DNA of 32,000 nucleotides, from contig JBAZYK010000008.1 of assembly GCA_041659405.1 (NCBI GenBank), positions 30,001-62,000 of the forward strand, given 5' to 3'. Below, one piece after another: positions 27,828-32,000 of the stretch. The notes under the pieces are model-generated. The model saw nothing but the letters and a program-made list of their open reading frames with translations, did no database searches and was not told the origin of the DNA. The position numbers and the translations under genes are program-made. Origin of the DNA: Candidatus Altimarinota bacterium. GTDB lineage: Bacteria; Patescibacteriota; Gracilibacteria; UBA1369. The stretch's first letter is position 1. Each line of letters begins with the position of its first letter.

Positions 27828-28955
27828 ATGGATAACCAATTTTCTCAAAACTCTTTCACTTCTGGCACTGGTTCTACCGCTGCCACTCCCCAAAAACCGA
27901 TTGGAAAGCTTGATTTAAGTGAAATTATTGAGGATATGTTCCTGGTTCTAACGAACAAGGAAAAAGACGTTATCGTTAAAAGATTCAGTCTGGACAGCAA
28001 ACCTAAGCAAACTCTAGAGAAAATCGGCCAATCTTTCTCTGTTACACGTGAAAGAATCCGCCAGATCGAGAAAATCGCGTTAAATAAATTACGCCGCACC
28101 GTTGATAACACTAAACTCAGCATTATCAATAAACTTGCCAAGGAAACTCTTACAACCCATGGTGGTATTTTGCTTGAGAACAAGTTGGTAGCGGAAATTT
28201 TAAACAATATTATCAGCACACAGGAAGTTGATGCAAATATCATTAAATTGGCACTCAACATCAATCCTGAAATCACCAAGATGGAAAAAACTAATACCTA
28301 CAAGCCATTTTGGCACATGTTGAGTATCAGCATGGACGACATTAAATTGATTATCGAAACAGGTATCACTATTTTGAATAAAAAAGGTGATGTTATTATC
28401 GATGAAAAACTTGCAGTGGAAGTAGTGGTTGCCATAGAAGAAAAAGGCAAAAAGTTTGTAAATCCAATGATTCTTTCCGGTCTTGAAGTGGATAAGCGCG
28501 TTAAACGTATTAAAGAAGGCTTTGGCTTGATTATGTGGAGACACATCAACCCACGCAGTATTCGTGATAAAGCTTACATCGTTCTTAAAAAAGGCGGCAA
28601 TCCATTGCATTTCGTTGAAATTGCCAATAAGATCGCCGAATCCGGCTTCGATAAAAAAGTAGTAACCACACAAGCCGTTCACAATGAATTGATTCGTTAC
28701 GAACAATTCGTTTTGGTTGGAAGAGGCCTTTACGCTCTTAAAGAATGGGGCTACAAAAAGGGAACAGTTGCTGATGTAATTGAAAACCTTCTTCACAAAA
28801 AGAGCCCAATGACCAAACAGGAAATCATTCAGGGAGTTCTTAAACAACGTCAGGTTAAGAAGGGGACTATCTCACTCAACCTTCAAAAGAACGCTCAATT
28901 TGTTCGTGTTGGTCGTGCGGTTTATAAGCTTGATGAATCAAAGAAGGTTGCTTAA
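27828..28955 (+). CDS. Sigma-70 region 4-like HTH protein with C-terminal HARE-HTH-like winged-helix modules
   Basis: LTNKEKDVIVKRFSLDSKPKQTLEKIGQSFSVTRERIRQIEKIALNKLRR (region 4.2-like, lacking regions 2-3), then IRDKAYIVLKKGGNPLHFVEIANKIAESGFDKKVVTTQAVHNELIRYEQFVLVGRGLYALKEWG and ITKQ/MTKQEIIQGVLKQRQVKKGTISLNLQKNAQFVRVGRAVYKL. The ORF track starts at 27687; ATG 27828 (MDNQFSQNSF) fits better. Confidence 0.8.
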   Translation: MDNQFSQNSFTSGTGSTAATPQKPIGKLDLSEIIEDMFLVLTNKEKDVIVKRFSLDSKPKQTLEKIGQSFSVTRERIRQIEKIALNKLRRTVDNTKLSIINKLAKETLTTHGGILLENKLVAEILNNIISTQEVDANIIKLALNINPEITKMEKTNTYKPFWHMLSISMDDIKLIIETGITILNKKGDVIIDEKLAVEVVVAIEEKGKKFVNPMILSGLEVDKRVKRIKEGFGLIMWRHINPRSIRDKAYIVLKKGGNPLHFVEIANKIAESGFDKKVVTTQAVHNELIRYEQFVLVGRGLYALKEWGYKKGTVADVIENLLHKKSPMTKQEIIQGVLKQRQVKKGTISLNLQKNAQFVRVGRAVYKLDESKKVA

Positions 28956-28998
28956 TTCCCAAGTTTAAATTCAACATTAAAAATTAAAACACTAGATC

Positions 28999-29319
28999 AT
29001 GGCTGATCAATGCATTTTTTGCAAAATAATTTCCAAAGAAATACCTTCAAAGATGGAACATGAAGATGATCTTTGTGTTGCCTTTCATGATATTCATCCC
29101 CGGTCGCGGGTTCACCTTTTGGTTTTGCCAAAAAGGCACATGGAAACTCTTAAAGATATGGAAATAGCGGACGAGAAAACCCTGGGACGCATGATGAAAG
29201 TGGCAAGTGACCTGGCCAAAAAGTTCAAGCTGGAAGATTACAAACTTTTAATGAGTGTAGGCAAAAAAGCCGGACAGGAAATTTTTCATGCCCACCTTCA
29301 CGTAATGAGTGTTGATTAA
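28999..29319 (+). CDS. HIT (histidine triad) family protein
   Basis: CIFCKIISKEIPSKMEHEDDLCVAFHDIHPRSRVHLLVLPKRH...GQEIFHAHLHVMSV, with HxHxH triad. Confidence 0.93.
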   Translation: MADQCIFCKIISKEIPSKMEHEDDLCVAFHDIHPRSRVHLLVLPKRHMETLKDMEIADEKTLGRMMKVASDLAKKFKLEDYKLLMSVGKKAGQEIFHAHLHVMSVD

Positions 29320-29341
29320 TTTAGCGGGCGAATGCGCTAAA

Positions 29342-30301
29342 TCAAGCCTGGAATTCCAAAGAAATATCCAGCGCTTTTGCCGAATGTGTAAGCATCCCGA
29401 GCGAAATTATGTCCACTCCACTCGCCGCATACGTCTTTAAATTTTCGAAATTAATTCCACCCGAAGCCTCAAAAAAGATGTTCTTTTGCCAGCCCATTTT
29501 TTTACATTGATTGATAATCATTTTAATTTCGGTAACTTTCATATTATCAAGCATGATATAAAGCGGCTGAAAGCCTTTTGGCGCCTGCTCAAAATAATAT
29601 TGCGCAACTTTTAACGCATCGTTTTTGGAAGTCACTTCAATCTCCACAAAATTTCCTAACTGCTCTTTTGAACTTTCAAAAATTTTATCCAAAATTGCCG
29701 CAAAATTATTTTCAAAAAGTGCCACGTGATTATCCTTAATTAAAACCGCATCACTTAGAGAAAGTCTATGTGTCCCGCCTCCACCAACCATGCAAGCCTT
29801 TTTATCAAACAGTGGCCATAAAGTTTTTCGCGTTGGGGTAATCAAAACCTTGCTCGCGCTTAAACTGCAGGCCTTGGCAGTAGCAGTTGCGACCCCGGAC
29901 ATCCTTTGCAGAAAATTTAAAATTGTTCTTTCCAGTAACAAAATATCCTGCGCGGAACCTTTCAAACTTCCAAATTCCTGGCCTTTGGTAAGTCTTTCGG
30001 CATCGCGCACTTTAAAATTAACAGAAACCTCACCTAATTTAATACTTGCAAGCTTCTCAACATGATTCAAAAAAAACTCTATCTCTTCAATGCCGGCAAC
30101 AACGCCATCACTTTTTGCCAAGAAAAAAGCCTCAATTTTCCTTTCAGGATCAGGTAAAAGCCGGCTGGTTATATCGCCTTTATTTCTAACATCCAGACGC
30201 AAATTATTTTCAAAAAAATCCAGGACATGTTGCCTGTATTCTTGATTATTAATGCGCAAATATTTTTCCAAACAATGCGTTTTTCTAATGATGTTTATCA
30301 T
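29342..30301 (-). CDS. nadC: Nicotinate-nucleotide pyrophosphorylase (carboxylating)
   Basis: GDITSRLLP; LGSLKGSAQDILLLERTILNFLQRMSGVATAT; ITPTRKTLWPLFDKKACMVGGGGTHRLSLSDAVLIKDNH; LYIMLDNMKV; FEASGGINFENLKTYAASGVDIISLGMLTHSA. Confidence 0.94.
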   Translation of the reverse strand: MINIIRKTHCLEKYLRINNQEYRQHVLDFFENNLRLDVRNKGDITSRLLPDPERKIEAFFLAKSDGVVAGIEEIEFFLNHVEKLASIKLGEVSVNFKVRDAERLTKGQEFGSLKGSAQDILLLERTILNFLQRMSGVATATAKACSLSASKVLITPTRKTLWPLFDKKACMVGGGGTHRLSLSDAVLIKDNHVALFENNFAAILDKIFESSKEQLGNFVEIEVTSKNDALKVAQYYFEQAPKGFQPLYIMLDNMKVTEIKMIINQCKKMGWQKNIFFEASGGINFENLKTYAASGVDIISLGMLTHSAKALDISLEFQA

Positions 30302-30822
30302 TAAATGGAAATATTTTTAACAAATTTCAACCACCAACCTTTGAGTGTTTCTACGGTTGCATAAGCCAAATGTTCCAAAATTTCTTTTAATTCCCTGATT
30401 TTAGTTACGACTCCGTTAAGTGAATAAGGTGAAAATCCTTTTGGATCTCTCATGATTTTTTTTGCCTCTTTTTCTAAAACCTTGATCTGCTTTTCAATTT
30501 CATGCGCGATTTGTCCGCGCATCGCCTCAATTGTTGGGATCTTGATCGGCTTAATTGCTGTTTGAGTAGTCTGAGCCGCTCCTCCGGAAAACTTGGTAGC
30601 AGGTCCGACACTTTTCTTTTCCGAAACCTGTTCACTTACTTTTTCGTTTGAAGCTTCCACATTTTCGACAACTTCGCCCACGCCTTCCATAAATCTGGTG
30701 GAAGTTTGTTGAACCTCTTTGGATAACTGCTGTTTTTCAGCCTTTTGCTCCTGGGGCTTTTCCCGTTGAGCTTCAGGTGCGTGAACGATTTGTTCCTTGT
30801 TGTTTCCTGGATTATTCGCCAT
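30301..30822 (-). CDS. Hypothetical charged, coiled-coil-like protein
   Basis: 173 aa, Lys/Glu/Gln-rich; its stop shares one base with the nadC start (TAATG), suggesting translational coupling. Confidence 0.65.
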   Translation of the reverse strand: MANNPGNNKEQIVHAPEAQREKPQEQKAEKQQLSKEVQQTSTRFMEGVGEVVENVEASNEKVSEQVSEKKSVGPATKFSGGAAQTTQTAIKPIKIPTIEAMRGQIAHEIEKQIKVLEKEAKKIMRDPKGFSPYSLNGVVTKIRELKEILEHLAYATVETLKGWWLKFVKNISI

Positions 30823-31018
30823 AAAATTAGTTTTATACTTTACCTATATAACACAGAATTCGTGAATAAATTACATAATTATACATGATATTTGCCCGTT
30901 TTGTCAATTGCGCTAAGCGCTATTTCATTCGCTTCTCCGCTCAAAATAACATAAAATGTCAGGGGCATTTATCCTGCACGTATCTACATAATATAAACTT
31001 TACGTCACAAATTCAACT

Positions 31019-32000
31019 ATGAAACAAATCGAAAAAACATACGAGGCCAAAAATTTTGAAGATAACATCTATCAACAATGGGAAAAATCCGGGCTTTTTA
31101 CTCCAAAAATCGTTACAGGGAAGAAGCCTTTTACGATTTCGATGCCACCTCCAAATGCCACCGGCACACTCCATTTGGGACATGCAATTATGCTTGCGGT
31201 TGAAGATATTCTGGTTCGTTATAAAAGAATGCAGGGGTTTCCAACTTTGTGGGTTCCGGGCACCGACCATGCCGGTATTGCAACTCAGAACAAAGTTGAA
31301 AAAATCATTGCCGAAGAAGGACTGACCCGCCACAGTCTTGGGCGCGAGGCGTTTCTTAAACGCGTTCATGAATTTGTGGCAGGTTCACAATCAACCATCC
31401 GCAAACAAATGCGAAAAATGGGCACAAGCTGCGATTGGACCAGAGAAAGATATACGCTTGATGATGGGCTTTCCAAAGCTGTTAGAGAAATTTTTACCCG
31501 CATGTATAATGATGGTTTGATTTACCGCGGAAAGCGCATTGTAAACTGGTGCGTACGTTGCAGTTCCACGCTTGCGGACGATGAAGTTAATTTCAAAGAG
31601 GAAAAGAGCAAATTTTATTATTTCAAATACGGTCCGGTTGTTATTGGTACGGCCCGTCCGGAAACCAAATTTTTGGATAAGGTCATAGTTGCGCATCCAG
31701 ATGACAAAAGATACAAAAAATATTTCGATAAAGAAATGACAGTTCCTTGGATTAAAGGTGATATTAAAGCCCAATTTATTGCTGATAAAAGCGCAGACCA
31801 GGAATTCGGAACAGGAGCCATGACCATCACACCAGCCCACGATTTTATTGATTTTGAGATTGCCCAAAAACACAAACTGGAAATCGTTCAGATCATTGAT
31901 CAAAACGGCAATTTTACCGACGTGGTGGGTCCTGAATTTGCCGGAAAAAATGCCCGGGATTCAAGAGAAGCAATTGTTAAAATACTTGCGGAAAAAGGCC
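31019..32000 (+). CDS. valS: Valyl-tRNA synthetase, 5' portion (runs off the window)
   Basis: Reading from ATG 31019: MKQIEKTYEAKNFEDNIYQQWEKSGLF...ISMPPPNATGTLHLGHAIM...VPGTDHAGIATQNKVEK...RGKRIVNWCVRCSSTLADDEV. Absent from the ORF track because it is truncated. Confidence 0.95.
   Translation, partial: MKQIEKTYEAKNFEDNIYQQWEKSGLFTPKIVTGKKPFTISMPPPNATGTLHLGHAIMLAVEDILVRYKRMQGFPTLWVPGTDHAGIATQNKVEKIIAEEGLTRHSLGREAFLKRVHEFVAGSQSTIRKQMRKMGTSCDWTRERYTLDDGLSKAVREIFTRMYNDGLIYRGKRIVNWCVRCSSTLADDEVNFKEEKSKFYYFKYGPVVIGTARPETKFLDKVIVAHPDDKRYKKYFDKEMTVPWIKGDIKAQFIADKSADQEFGTGAMTITPAHDFIDFEIAQKHKLEIVQIIDQNGNFTDVVGPEFAGKNARDSREAIVKILAEKG

Noticed and set aside
1-32000. CRISPR array, retron, toxin-antitoxin or other defence locus
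   Set aside because: No spaced direct-repeat array, reverse transcriptase, nuclease or small TA pair was recognised. The only direct repeat found has two copies about 2 kb apart.
1-32000. UGA recoding (as in Gracilibacteria/Absconditabacteria)
   Set aside because: The long ORFs read cleanly with the standard code and nadC appears to end at TGA at its expected C-terminus, so nothing here requires recoding.

Overview
The window looks like ordinary chromosome from a small-genome bacterium, possibly Patescibacteria/CPR (inference from gene content and style only). Most genes are on the minus strand. Housekeeping genes recognised: infB, rmuC, rpsA, clpC, ruvB, tsaE, aspS, dnaE, nadC and the 5' part of valS, plus tRNA-Arg(UCU) and tRNA-Leu(UAG). 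Less standard proteins: a fusion with a C-terminal SGNH/GDSL hydrolase domain, an M23 peptidase with a Thr/Ser-rich linker and SLH modules, a 3D-domain protein with peptidoglycan-binding repeats, a membrane-anchored VirD4/TraG-like ATPase, and a sigma-70 region 4-like plus HARE-HTH-like protein. I saw no CRISPR array, rRNA, complete mobile element or recognisable defence island. The strongest unexplained signal is a two-copy structured element of about 190-200 bp (17191-17378 and 19140-19338). Each copy starts 0-5 nt after the stop codon of a minus-strand gene. The copies share an identical 81-nt core containing a 26-bp perfect palindrome. Their outer arms differ between copies but stay self-complementary within each copy. 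Other signals: a dyad that exactly fills the -35/-10 spacer upstream of rmuC, a hairpin-bearing rpsA leader, a long imperfect inverted repeat between tRNA-Leu and dnaE, two ORF-track starts that fall on probable -35 boxes, and a general lack of Shine-Dalgarno motifs. All family calls come from reading the sequence; no database search was run.
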